Shown here piece after piece: positions 47,764 through 61,213 of a stretch of DNA of 64,000 bases. Position numbers and translations under genes: made by a program. The stretch comes from Macrostomum hystrix (lineage: Eukaryota > Animalia > Platyhelminthes): assembly GCA_950097015.1 (NCBI GenBank), contig CATNEN010000039.1, forward strand, positions 8,184,001-8,248,000, in the 5' to 3' direction. Below the pieces are notes generated by a model. The model saw only the letters and a list, made by a program, of their open reading frames with translations. It ran no database searches and was not told where the DNA came from. Position 1 is the first letter of the stretch, and every line of letters starts with the position of its first letter.

Positions 47764-50700
47764 ATGCACATTGCAAATATTGAAAGCTTCAAAGCTTGGC
47801 TTGTTACAAATATTAAGCCCATGTAAGTTGCACCTGCATTTTTTGTGTTTATTTAGTTAATCATTGCTAGACAGAGGCCTAATAAATTATTAGGCCTATG
47901 TATTATAAATAAGTGTAGGGCCTATATTTAATCAGACTGACAATATTGTAATAGCTATTATTATTTGGCCCTAATAGAGATATGTGTGCATTTATTAACC
48001 AATCTTGAATAGCTAGAACAAAACTAGGCTTATAATATTTTTTTGCTTTGACAACTAACCATCATGGCATTAGTACAAATTCATGCAACTTGTGGCCTCC
48101 AATCTGCAATAACCCACCAACTATACATAGTGCATGGCTAGCTATGAATTTTATACCACACAATCTTGATACATCCATAATTAGTTTGCTAGTTAGCCAT
48201 ATTTCTAAACAAAAATGTCTACAAAAAAAGTACAGAAAAAAATTGTTGAATCTCTTTATAGGGCCTACTTGTTATAGGCCTAGGCCTACTTGTTAAATAT
48301 TTGTTTAATAGAAATTTTTTTCTAGGCCTACTAATCTTTTGTTTTAATAATCTATATATCCTATTGGAGCCAATAGGGTTTTTTTGTGGACAGCGTCCAG
48401 TGTGCTTGTGAAAAATTGTCTGCACAGAGAGAAATTCCTGTCCGTGCCACAGTGCCTTGTGTGTGTGTAAAGTTTTTGTAGGTATGTAGATATATAGCAA
48501 ACAGTGTGCCCTTGTGCCGCTACACAAATAAATGTTCCATAGTGCCCAAGTGCGAAAAGACAACCTTAGCTGTTCTAATTATAGAAATACACCACAGAGA
48601 TAAAAAAGGTCATTTGGTATATCCATCCATATTTTTGCGAAATCACTGTGTACCTGTTCTATTTTTAGAAATACACTATGGAGATTAAAAAAATGTCTTT
48701 TGACATTTTTCGTGAAATCAATTACTACATTGAGTCAGACTGAAGATATATAGCAATTGCAGATTTGCGCTCTTTTTCTTGAAAACAACTGCGCACCTGC
48801 GCGCATAGCAGGAGTGTCCGCAGCTTTTTTAAATTTGCTCCATTATGGATAAATATACATAATTATAATGCTATGCCTTTAGACATCCTATATGTTATAA
48901 TTGCTATAGCTAGCTAGCTTTATGAACTGCTGTAAAAATAATAGAATAATTGATTCATTCTGTTATACTAAGTAAAGTTTAAAATATTTCACCCAGTTGT
49001 AATAGCTAAATTTAAAAGTTGATTTGTAATTTGATTCTCAGATAAACATGTCACTTATTACTAATTAGACTGAATAATTATATTTAGGCCTAAGAGCTTA
49101 ATGTGTAATGTTAAATTCAATTGATTGTTTCATTTGCTAGCTAAAAATTTCCTCTTTACAGGTAAAGTTGTTATGATCAAATAATTAGATTTTTTATTTG
49201 TTGCTTTAAAAGTATCTGTCTACATATCATCATAATCTTACTTCTATTCTCTGCTCATGTTTTTTATTTTAGGCATACAAACATTACTCTTAATAAAATA
49301 TAAAAAATAAGATAATATTAAATATCAAGCTCAAAATATTTTATATTGTTTATGACAAAAAAAGCAATGATTAAAATGTAAATAGGTTGTAATTACATGT
49401 TTTTCTAATTCATTTTATTATTTTATGTACAACTTTATTGTTCTTCACCCTTCACTCTAGATGCGATGCAGACCCTTATCCATTGTCTAAGTATGTCTTG
49501 GCACTTATCAAGAAAGACAAGGATGAGAAGGAGTTAAAGAGCATTTGCAATGACCAGCTGGATGTCTTCTTTCAAGAAAGTAAGTTAAGAAATCGTTTTA
49601 ACAACAACAAAATATTGCTCACCTTCCCTCGCCTTACGCTTCTCTACTCAGCCTACTTCCCTTCTCTACTCAGCCTACTTCCCTTCTCTACTCAGCCTAC
49701 TTCCCTTCTCTACTCAGCCTACTTCCCTTCTCTACTCAGCCTACTTAACATCCCTTTTCTGCGAACTTACTCCCTGTCTTTACTCTGGCCACTACAGATA
49801 AGTTTTAAGACATTTTTTCTCCTACGCGTCACTTTCAATCGCCAGACACTCCCGAATTTGTCGAGAAACTGTTCCAAGTGCTGAAAGATGAAAGCTACCT
49901 GAAGGCTGCCGCACCTGCGCCAGCCGCCCCTGCTGCTGCCGCCCCTGCTGCTGCCGCCCCTGCTGCTGCCGCCCCTGCTGCTGCCGCCCCTGCTGCTGCC
50001 GCCCCTGCTGCTGCCGCCTCTGCTGCTGCCGCTGATACCGCAGCCGCATCCAATGCGACTGCGAATGATTCCCAGCAGCGTTCAGCTTTAAAGCGTAAGG
50101 CCGCTCCGTCTTCTGCGTTCAACTCCTCTGAAAAAGATGATAAGCAGCAGCAGCCGGTGCCAGCTGCTAAGGGCACAGATACTCGCCAGTCAGAGCAGCA
50201 GCAGCAGCAGCAGCCTCTTCCGCCCGACTCCAAGATTGCCCGCGTGTCAAAGCCTACACCGACTGCAGTGCCTAGCGAGCAGAAGCGACCCCAGCAGCAA
50301 CAGCAGCCAATACCAGTCAGTGTCAAGCAGTCTTCGCCGCCGCATCCGCCTTCAGCGCCCAGGGATTTGCGCAACACGCTGAATGCTAGAGCGTCCTCTG
50401 GCACCGCATCTTCTGCCCGTCATTATCAGCAGCATCAGCAGCAGCAGCAGTTTCATCATCAGCAGCAACAGCCGATGATGTCGTCTGGTTTTCAGCAGCC
50501 GCTGCCATTCCTGCCGCCGCCTCTGCCGCCGCCGCCTCACGCCACGGCTTTGCCGCCACCGGCTTCCAGCGCCGGGTATTTTCCTCATCCACAGATGCCT
50601 TTGATGTTGCCGCCGCCTCAGCCAATGCCGATGCTGCCGCCGCCTAGGTTGCGATGTCGCGACTTCGACGAGAAGGGCGTCTGCATGCTCGGCGCCGCCT

Positions 50701-53700
50701 GCCCGTACGACCACGGCTTCCATCCGGTCACTGTGGCACCGGATGATCCCGCGTATGGCAAGTTTTTCCCACCACCGCCACTGCCGCCGCCGCAGCAGCA
50801 GATGCTGGCGCCCCTATTCTCAACGGCTGCCATGGTAATTGTTCTATATTTTACTTATCCACTGCAAACTGCTCATGCTGTACTGTACAGCAAAGATAGA
50901 GCTTTTGTCTCATGAAACCTGGGTCATTGGGACTTGGGATCAACTAGAAAACACACAGACCAAATTTCGTGGCACAGTTCGATACCTACTGGAGGCATAG
51001 AACAGATAATTTGAGCGAGCTAAGTCACTTCACTTCTACTATTTATTTAAATAGTATGATTGAGCCGAAAAAAATAATGTAAAACAAATCTGCAATCCTG
51101 AGTTGAGACGTACTCTATCTAATTTTAGACTAGAAAACCATAAATTATTTAAAACGGATGTCCACTTTTTTAAAATTAATAGATATGGCACTGTCCGTTC
51201 AAGCTTTTGATAATGTCATCAATAAATCAAAAAAGTAAAAAAACAGCCCCCCTTTGGTGACGTGCGCTTTATTTCTACTTATTATTATAATTATTTTTTT
51301 TCTTCTTTAATTTTTAAAGAGAATAATAATAATAATAATTGCAGGAGGGCTGCGGGCAATGGCACATCATTAGGTGACACTAGACCCGCAGCCAGCGAGG
51401 AGGCAATTCTGCCCATTTCGCTGACTCCTGAGCACAAACTCACATAGATATTGTACGCAGGCACACGCTCACACAGGTGTGTACATCTGCCCTGACTTTC
51501 TCATCGTCAGACAGTGTACACTCTCACTGTGCCTTGGAGGTTGGCCCTCAAGGGCGTAAATTGCACGACAAGCCCTCAAAGCCTTCTCTCCGCGGCTGCG
51601 CCCCAAATAAACGTGGCCTCGTCGTAGAATCGAACTCAGGGACCTTGGTGCCAGAGGCAAACGCGATAACCGCTCTGCCACCGACTCCCACTTATCCCAT
51701 TCTCAAAGCTGCCATTTTCAAAATCTCTAATTTACTGCGCATTTCAGGCTTCAACTACAAACTCTCAGCCTGGTCCTATGCTTAGCCAGCAGCAGCAGCA
51801 GCAGCAGCAGCCAGTCCACCCGCATGTCGCGGACCAGGCCCCACTGCTGCCCCCGCAACGGATCGTTCAGCCTCCACCGCCAGCGTCTTCTGTTGTCAGC
51901 GTGCTAGTCGGCGGCGATTCTGGCTCAGACAGTGGAAATAATGGCAAAGCCAGTCAGAGAATGTTCCAGCAGCAGAGGCAGCAGCAGCCACCACAGGCAC
52001 AATCCTGCACCCTGGAACTTCGCCGAGTTCCGGCTTCGTTGAACAATGCCGACACTCTAATGGAGCATTTCTGCCGCTTCGGCACCGTTGTCCACGTGGA
52101 CATCGGCGGCTGCGGGGGAGCCGACTCGGCTAGCGTGACCTTCGCCAGCCCGGCAGAGGCCCTGGCCGCCTACCGCAGCCCGGAGGCGGTGCTAAATAAT
52201 CGATTTATTCGAGTCTTCCTGCCCGGCGCTGGCGGAGGCGGCGGCGGTGGCGGCGGTGGTCCGAGACAGTCCGCCAAGGATCGACTGGGAGGCAGGCAGC
52301 AGCAGCAGCAGAATGCGCAGAGGTTTGTTACCTGTGTCTGTGTGCCTAGTATTGCTTAAGAGGTTTAGTATTGTCCCAGATCAGGGATCTGGATTTTTTC
52401 AATGGATTAGGGATCTGTAATATTCAACTTATAATTTGGGCTCTTTAAATGTCGATTTGGGATTTGTGATCTATGACAGTCGATTTGGGACTTGGGATCT
52501 ATGACAGTTAATTTAGGATTTGGTATCTTCTACAGTCATTTTGGGATTTGGGATCTTCTACAGTCATTTTGGGATTTGGGATCTTCTACAGTCATTTTGG
52601 GATTTGGTATCTTCTACAGTCATTTTGGGATTTGGGATCTTCTACAGTCATTTTGGGATTTGGTATCTTCTACAGTCATTTTGGGATTTGGGATCTTCTA
52701 GAGTCGATTTGGGATTTGGGATCTTCTAGAGTCAATTTGGGATTTGGGATCTATGACAGTCGAGTTGGGATTTGGGATCTTCTAGAGTCGATTTGGGATT
52801 TGGGATCTTCTAGAGTCAATTTGGGATTTGGGATCTATGACAATCGAGTTGGGATTTGGCATTCAGAATTCCACCTCGTATTGGGGTTTTCCATTGCATT
52901 TGGTTTTATGGACAATCGATTAATTTGTGATTTAAAATCCTGCTTATATTAATGGTTGATTAAAAACCAGCAGGCGTCAGGCCAATCTTCGGCGAACATC
53001 TTCATCCGGCGACGCAGATTCCGAAGCCAGTGATGCGGCCGCATCGGCAACCGACTCCTCAGCGGCAGTGCCGCCGTCGAGAGCGGCCCTCACCTGGACT
53101 CCCCACAGCGCTGAGGCGGCCGCTAAAGCTGCCGAAGCTGCGGCCAACGCGGCTGCCGAACGGAAACAGGAGGGCGCCAGGATTTTGCAGGTAAATTATA
53201 CCTGTCCGAAATATCCCCGTCCAAATTATCCCTCTCCGAGTTATCCCCGTCCGAATTATCCCGTCCGAATTATCCCGTCCGAATTATCCCGTCCGAATTA
53301 TCCCGTCCGAATTATCCCCGTCCGAAATATCCTTGTCCGAATTATACAATCTTATCAAATGCTCGGCACGAAAAATTTCATTTTATTTCCTGCGCGCAGG
53401 CCCAGAAAGTCGCCCTGGAGCGGGCCAAGGCTCACAAGGAGCTGCGAGCCAAGCAGATTCGCATGCTGAAGGACTGCAAGGAGAGCCTAGCCAAGCTGGG
53501 CACACTGTTTGCCAAGGCCAAGGACTCGGCAGAGTCGCGACACGCCATCGCCGAGACAATGAAGCCGATCAATGCGCAAATCCGTGACCTGGAGGCCAGC
53601 CTGGGAGTTGTGGCCACCGGCAATGCCGGCCTGCGCGACCTGCAGAAGGAACAGCTAGATCTGGAGCTGGAGATCTTCCAGAAAGAGGGCCTTGAGTCCG

Positions 53701-55115
53701 TTGCTGAGCAGAAGAAACGCCTCGCCGAGGTGCGCAAATTGTTATCAACTCGGCTGCCTCAGAAGCCGCCGTCGGTTGCCGCAGGACTGGCGGCCGCCGG
53801 AGCTGCTGGCGCCGTGTCGGCAGGTTCGTCCGGCACCTCAGCCACTGGCGGCAGCGGGGGTCAGGGCGCGGCTGCTGGCGGCGGCGGAGTGCCGAATTTC
53901 GCACAGACTCGGCTCGACAAGCGGTCTAAGACTGTTCGAATCCAGGGACTGCCAGCTGAAAAGGTTGGTGTCGATAATTGCTGCTGTGATGCCTGGAATT
54001 CAAGGGTTGTTGCCAAGTAAGGGGTTGTAGCCTAGTAGGAGGTTGTAGCCTAGTAGGAGGTTGTAGCCTAGTAGGAGGTTGTAGCCTAGTAGGAGGTTGT
54101 AGCCTAGTGGGAGGTTGTAGTCTAGTGGGAGGTTGTAGCCTAGTAGGAGGTTGTAGCCTAGTAGGAGATTGTAGCCTAGTGGGAGGTTGTAGCCTAGTAG
54201 GAGGTTGTAGCCTAGTAGGAGGTTGTAGCCTAGTAGGAGGTTGTAGCCTAGTGGGAGGTTGTAGCCTAGTAGGAGGTTGTAGCCTAGTAGGAGATTATAG
54301 CCTAGTGGGAGGTTGTAGTCTAGTGGGAGGTTGTAGCCTAGTGGGAGGTTGTAGCCTAGTAGGAGGTTGTAGCCTAGTAGGAGGTTGTAGCCTAGTAGGA
54401 GGTTGTAGCCTAGTAGGAGGTTGTAGCCTAGTAGGAGGTTGTAGCCTAGTAAGGGGTCGTAGCCTAGTAGGAGGTTGTAGCCTAGTAGGAGGTTGTAGCC
54501 TAGAAAGGGGTTGTAGCCTAGTAGGAGGTTGTAGCCTAGTAAGGGGTCGTAGCCTTGTAGTTAGAGCGTCGAACTCCCGACTTAAAGGTCGCAGGTTCGA
54601 TTCCTGATTGTACAGGAACAATTTGTGTTTTTTAGCAAGACACTTAACTCTTGCATCGCTTCTAAGGGCTACCAGCATTAGCGTGTGTGTGTGTGTGTGT
54701 GTTCCCCCAGTCCATGGACTGAACAGCCGTGCGCAGCCTTTAGATGCGCCGTGCAATAGCAGCGGCCATACTGTCGGCTGCACATCTGGCCTTATTAGGA
54801 CAGGCTTAGTAAACAATTTAGGGATATTAATTCATCGGGCGCCTCACCTCGAACTCGCAGGTTGACGACCTGCTACGCAGCGTGGCCTCGCAAACTGGCG
54901 CGAAGGCGCAGCGCCACCAGTCCGCGGGCTCTGACGGCCTGCTGGTGGACTACAACACTCGCGCCGAGGCGGAGGTCGCGCTGGCCCGCCTGAAGACGCT
55001 GGCCGACGAGCGACCCGGCGCCGGCTTCAAAGTGGACTGGAACCAGCGCTCAGCCGCCTCCGTAGCCACCGAGTCCGCGCCGGCGGCTGCCCCAACAACC
55101 GTTGCTAGCGAATAG
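47764..55115 (+). CDS. RBM26: RNA-binding protein RBM26/27 (PWI, CCCH, RRM, coiled coil, RRM)
   Basis: Exons 47764-47822, 49461-49579, 49846-50834, 51748-52322, 52971-53190, 53400-53963 and 54861-55115 join in frame. Motifs ICDADPYPLSKYVLAL, CRDFDEKGVCMLGAACPYDHG and SPEAVLNNRFIRV. Confidence 0.92.
48353..48858. mobile_element. Possible degenerate MITE in RBM26 intron 1
   Basis: Imperfect ~23-bp inverted ends (TATATATCCCTATTGGAGCCAAT vs ATTTGCTCCATTATGGATAAATATA). Confidence 0.3.
49640..49747. repeat. 22-bp tandem repeat in RBM26 intron 2
   Basis: CTACTCAGCCTACTTCCCTTCT, about 5 copies. Confidence 0.9.
51321..51689 (-). mobile_element. Full-length tRNA-derived SINE, family A
   Basis: Minus strand begins GGGAGTCGGTGGCAGAGCGG (A box) ... 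GAGTTCGATTC (B box) and ends in (ATT)n; four copies in the window. Confidence 0.88.
52450..52860. repeat. 28-bp minisatellite in RBM26 intron 4
   Basis: Unit TTGGGATTTGGGATCTTCTACAGTCATT. Confidence 0.92.
53195..53346. repeat. 13-15-bp tandem repeat in RBM26 intron 5
   Basis: CCGTCCGAATTATC units. Confidence 0.9.
54018..54560. repeat. 18-bp minisatellite derived from the SINE C head
   Basis: TAGGAGGTTGTAGCCTAG, about 30 copies, running directly into the SINE. Confidence 0.93.
54540..54795 (+). mobile_element. SINE family C copy
   Basis: GTTAGAGCGTCG...GGTTCGATTC head; 3' part CAGTCCATGGACTGAACAGCCGT shared with 27330 and 46025. Confidence 0.85.
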
Positions 55116-55249
55116 TAGCAGATGGTAGCGATACCCTTGCCTTTTACTCCTACTAATCGGTTCTGAATCACCTTTTAATTATTTATCGTTCTCCAGTTGC
55201 ACGTTTTGCTTGTCAGTGGAATTTTTTGTTGCTCATTGCCCTATGTGCT

Positions 55250-55590
55250 TCTAATCCCTTATATAATCCATTCCTAACTGGCCTTTAATCCCTTCCTAAC
55301 TGGCCTCAAATCCCTTCCTAACTGGTCTGTAATCCCTTCTTTATTGTTCTATTGTCCCTTCCTAACTGGCCTCTAATCCCTTCCTAACTGGCCTCAAATC
55401 CCTTCCTAACTGGTCTGTAATCCCTTCTTTATTGGTCTATTATCCCTTCCTAATTGGTCTAAAATCCCTTCTAAATTGGTCTATAATCCCTTCTTAATTG
55501 GTCTATAATCCCTTCCTAATTGGTCTCTAATCACCTCCTACTGGCCTCTATTATCTTCTTAACTGGCCTCTTATCCCTTCCTAACTTATC
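55250..55590. repeat. ~21-bp tandem repeat in the RBM26 3' region
   Basis: ATCCCTTCCTAACTGGCCTC units. Confidence 0.85.
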
Positions 55591-56529
55591 TTCCAGGCTT
55601 CTACAGCCTATATTTCTCTCAGCTGTTTATCTAGTTACTGAGATTGCTGTCGATTTTCATCAAGCGTTATCCACTGAACCTGTTGCTTCAGCACTTGTTA
55701 TTGTAAGGCTTCATTTTCAGTTGGCGTTTCTGTCTGTATTTCAGTTACTTAAATTTGCATCTGCAGTTACTTTCCGCTAGTTGTTCAAATTTCCCCCGGT
55801 TCAACAATTAAATTTTGTTCAAGATTTGCGAATTTTTCCCACAAGCGCTACTATCAGTAGTGCAGTTTGTCAACTAAGTACGCTAAAACGCATATAATGA
55901 GGCCAGTCATATTTCGTGTTTTCTAATTCCATTTTGCTGTTTAAACTTAGTGCACTAAGGCTAGCGGTAAAGCCATTCATTATCCGTTAACTGCGAGCTG
56001 AGCTGACTGAAAACGGAACTTCCAGTCTGTGTACCAGAGAATGAGCTCATAATAAGCTGATCTTGCTTGCTTGTTATCTATAATAATAAATCGCTGTCTA
56101 AGTCACAGTTAATCCAAGCCTGTCATTCAACCATTTTTAGCTATCTTGATTATTTCATTAGTAAGCATTTTCGCGCAGCTAAAAGTACATCAGTGCAGAG
56201 GGTAGAACAAGGCCAGCTAAATCTGATTCGGTCCAGCGATACGGCTCACCTGTTTCTCTTTATCTATCTCTTGGCTATTTTTACCTGGCTTTGTGCGGCT
56301 TATCAGCGTACAGATAATTCCATGCAGGCTGAGGGGCAGCAGGTAGGGCACCTCAGGTCAGGGCTGCGGACATTTCACAGACTGCCGTTAGAAAGGATGT
56401 GGCCTCGGACAGGTGCTAGAACGACGCAGTGGTACCACCATGCGTTAGCTTGCAGCAGTGCAAAGGTAGTTGAGGAACTGCAAATAGCTGAGAAACCAGT
56501 GCACTTTAATTCAAACCTTACAACTTTAA

Positions 56530-59500
56530 TACATCAACTGTCATAGATTAACAATCCATTCATCAACTGGCATAGATTAGCAATCCATTCGTCAACTGTC
56601 AAAAATTAACAATCCATTCATCAACTGTCATAGATTAGCAATCCATTCATCAACTGTCATAGATTAGCAATCCATTCATCAACTGGCATAGATTAGCAAT
56701 TCATTCATCAACTGTCATAGATTAGCAATCCATTCATCAACTGGCATAGATTAGCAATCCATTCATCAACTGTCATAGATTAGCAATCCATTCATCAACT
56801 AGCATAGATTAGCAATCCATTCATCAACTGTCATAGATTAGCAATCCATTCATCAACTGGCATAGATTAGCAATCCATTCATCAACTGTCATAGATTAGC
56901 AATTCATTCATCAACTGTCATAGATTAGCAATCCATTCATCAACTGTCATAGATTAGCAATCCATTCATCAACTGGCATAGATTAGCAATTCATTCATCA
57001 ACTGTCATAGATTAGCAATCCATTCATCAACTGGCATAGATTAGCAATCCATTCATCAACTGGCATAGATTAGCAATCCATTCATCAACTGGCATAGATT
57101 AGCAATCCATTCATCAACTGTCATAGATTAGCAATCCATTCATCAACTGTCATAGATTAGCAATCAATTCATCAACTGGCATAGATTAGCAATTCATTCA
57201 TCAACTGTCATAGATTAGCAATCCATTCATCAACTGTCATAGATTAGCAATCCATTCATCAACTGTCATAGATTAGCAATCCATTCATCAACTGACATAG
57301 ATTAGCAATCCATTCATCAACTGGCATAGATTAGCAATCCATTCATCAACTGTCATAGATTAGCAATGCATTCATCAACTGGCATAGATTAGCAATCCAT
57401 TCATCAACTGGCATAGATTAGCAATCCATTCATCAACTGACATAGATTAGCAATCCATTCATCAACTGGCATAGATTAGCAATCCATTCATCAACTGGCA
57501 TAGATTAGCAATCCATTCATCAACTGGCATAGATTAGCAATCCATTCATCAACTGACATAGATTAGCAATCCATTCATCAACTGTCATAGATTAGCAATC
57601 CATTCATCAACTGGCATAGATTAGCAATCCATTCATCAACTGGCATAGATTAGCAATCCATTCATCAACTGGCATAGATTAGCAATCCATTCATCAACTG
57701 GCATAGATTAGCAATCCATTCATCAACTGGCATAGATTAGCAATCCATTCATCAACTGACATAGATTAGCAATCCATTCATCAACTGTCATAGATTAGCA
57801 ATCCATTCATCAACTGGCATAGATTAGCAATCCATTCATCAACTGTCATAGATTAGCAATTCATTCATCAACTGACATAGATTAGCAATCCATTCATCAA
57901 CTGGCATAGATTAGCGATCCATACATCAACTGTCATAGATTAGCAATCCATTCATCAACTGGCATAGATTAGCAATCTATTCATCAACTGTCATAGATTA
58001 GCAATCCATTCATCAACTGTCATAGATTAGCAATCCATTCATCAACTGGCATAGATTAGCAATCCATTCATCAACTGTCATAGATTAGCAATCCATTCAT
58101 CAACTGTCATAGATTAGCAATCTATTCATCAACTGTCATAGATTAGCAATCCATTCATCAACTGTCATAGATTAGCAATCCATTCATCAACTGGCATAGA
58201 TTAGCGATCCATACATCAACTGGCATAGATTAGCAATCCATTCATCAACTGGCATAGATTAGCGATCCATACATCAACTGTCATAGATTAGCAATCCATT
58301 CATTAACTGGCATAGATTAGCAATCCATTCATCAACTGTCATAGATTAGCAATTCATTCATCAACTGTCATAGATTAGCAATCCATTCATCAACTGTCAT
58401 AGATTAGCAATCCATTCATCAACTGGCATAGATTAGCAATTCATTCATCAACTGTCATAGATTAGCAATCCATTCATCAACTGGCATAGATTAGCAATCC
58501 ATTCATCAACTGGCATAGATTAGCAATCCATTCATCAACTGGCATAGATTAGCAATCCATTCATCAACTGTCATAGATTAGCAATCCATTCATCAACTGT
58601 CATAGATTAGCAATCAATTCATCAACTGGCATAGATTAGCAATTCATTCATCAACTGTCATAGATTAGCAATCCATTCATCAACTGTCATAGATTAGCAA
58701 TCCATTCATCAACTGTCATAGATTAGCAATCCATTCATCAACTGACATAGATTAGCAATCCATTCATCAACTGGCATAGATTAGCAATCCATTCATCAAC
58801 TGTCATAGATTAGCAATGCATTCATCAACTGGCATAGATTAGCAATCCATTCATCAACTGGCATAGATTAGCAATCCATTCATCAACTGACATAGATTAG
58901 CAATCCATTCATCAACTGGCATAGATTAGCAATCCATTCATCAACTGGCATAGATTAGCAATCCATTCATCAACTGGCATAGATTAGCAATCCATTCATC
59001 AACTGACATAGATTAGCAATCCATTCATCAACTGTCATAGATTAGCAATCCATTCATCAACTGGCATAGATTAGCAATCCATTCATCAACTGGCATAGAT
59101 TAGCAATCCATTCATCAACTGGCATAGATTAGCAATCCATTCATCAACTGGCATAGATTAGCAATCCATTCATCAACTGGCATAGATTAGCAATCCATTC
59201 ATCAACTGACATAGATTAGCAATCCATTCATCAACTGTCATAGATTAGCAATCCATTCATCAACTGGCATAGATTAGCAATCCATTCATCAACTGTCATA
59301 GATTAGCAATTCATTCATCAACTGACATAGATTAGCAATCCATTCATCAACTGGCATAGATTAGCGATCCATACATCAACTGTCATAGATTAGCAATCCA
59401 TTCATCAACTGGCATAGATTAGCAATCTATTCATCAACTGTCATAGATTAGCAATCCATTCATCAACTGTCATAGATTAGCAATCCATTCATCAACTGGC

Positions 59501-59727
59501 ATAGATTAGCAATCCATTCATCAACTGTCATAGATTAGCAATCCATTCATCAACTGTCATAGATTAGCAATCTATTCATCAACTGTCATAGATTAGCAAT
59601 CCATTCATCAACTGTCATAGATTAGCAATCCATTCATCAACTGGCATAGATTAGCGATCCATACATCAACTGGCATAGATTAGCAATCCATTCATCAACT
59701 GTCATAGATTAGCAATCCATTCATTAA
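56530..59727. repeat. 3.2-kb 29-bp satellite
   Basis: ATCAACTG(T/G)CATAGATTAGCAATCCATTC, about 110 copies. Confidence 0.97.
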
Positions 59728-60461
59728 CAAGAAGGCCTTATTAGACTGTTTAAATGTGCAGTTCTATTTTAAATTTTGCGCAGCACTCGGCAGCAAGAAG
59801 AATATTAAATATATTAAACTAATAAAGTATTATAAATCGGCAAAAAGAATAGCGAGGAAACTGCAGGTGTCTTAATCCGCAATCAGCGCGAGTTATATAA
59901 AATAAGAAAACAATGTCGGGCCAGCATGATAAGTACATAAAAAGTGTACTAAAACTGTTCTACTAAATGTGCTCAAGAAAGGAAACGACTGCGAACGTCA
60001 CGGCAGGCGGTTGGGCTAACTAGCTGGACAGGCTTATGGACAATAGCAATAAATCCATTCTAGTCTAGTTATATTTTAGTCAGGAGGTCTTAGGGAGGAA
60101 AGAAGGGAAAATGTGAACAATAAAACATGCACTAAAAACCGTTGAAGGTTTGACTCGAGAAAAAGTGCATTTGAAATTGAAAGATATTCTAACCATTTCG
60201 AATGTATTTACAGCTCTGAGTGGGGCCGGTATTACATCTCGTATACTGTTCCATGAGCGAAACAGACAACAAACCTAACCTAACAGCAAAACACAACAAA
60301 CGAAAAACAGCACAGAGACAGAAAATAAAAGGTAGTAAGTATTATCACACTGAGCATGCAGCACGGGTGAGGAGATGTGCTGAAATAGTCTAATCCTAGG
60401 AAAACACTAACGAAAAGCACTAAGGCCTGCAATAATTGATCGAAATTAATTCTCGATTGTT

Positions 60462-61176
60462 CGATATAGGAACCAGTCTCAATCGATCGATATCAGAACC
60501 AGTACTTAATCGATCGATATCGGAACCAAAACCCAATCGATCGATATTGGAACCAGTACTTAATCGATCGATATCGGAACCAATACCCAATCGATCGATA
60601 TTGGAACCAATACCCAATCGATCGATATCGGAACCAATACCCAATCGATCGGTATCGGAACCAATACCCAATCGATCGGAATCGGAACCAATACCCAATC
60701 GATCGATATCAGAACCAATACCCAATCGATCGATATCAGAACCAATACCCAATCGATCGATATCAGAACCAATACCCAATCGATCGATATCAGAACCAGT
60801 ACTTAATCGATCGATATCAGAACCAATACTCAATCGATCCATATCAGAACCAGTACTCAATCGATCGATATCAGAACCAGTACTTAATCGATCGATATCA
60901 GAACCAATACTCAATCGATCCATATCAGAACCAGTACTCAATCGATCGATATCAGAACCAATACTCAATCGATCGATATCAGAACCAATACTCAATCGAT
61001 CGATATCAGAACCAATACTCAATCGATCGATATCAGAACCAATACTCAATCGATCGATATCAGAACCAATACTCAATCGATCGATATCAGAACCAATACT
61101 CAATCGATCGATATCAGAACCAATACTCAATCGATCGATATCAGAACCAATACTCAATCGATCGATATTTAGAACC
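60462..61176. repeat. 27-bp minisatellite just downstream of the NHL gene stop codon
   Basis: AATCGATCGATATCAGAACCAATACTC units. Confidence 0.95.
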
Positions 61177-61213
61177 GATTCTCTATCGATCGAAATCAGA
61201 CCCGGATGTAGAG

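Noticed and set aside
51345-51415. GCCTCCTCGCTGGC in SINE A equals the HDV ribozyme P3/L3 sequence
   Set aside because: No upstream P1 strand, no GG for P1.1 and no J4/2-P2; the bases are better explained by the three-way junction shared with SINE B.
56067-56546. 159-aa ORF / exon-like GC patch
   Set aside because: No recognisable homology or consistent splice chain.
56530-59727. 29-bp repeats (also at 25097) as a CRISPR array
   Set aside because: Head-to-tail units with no unique spacers, no cas genes and a eukaryotic context.
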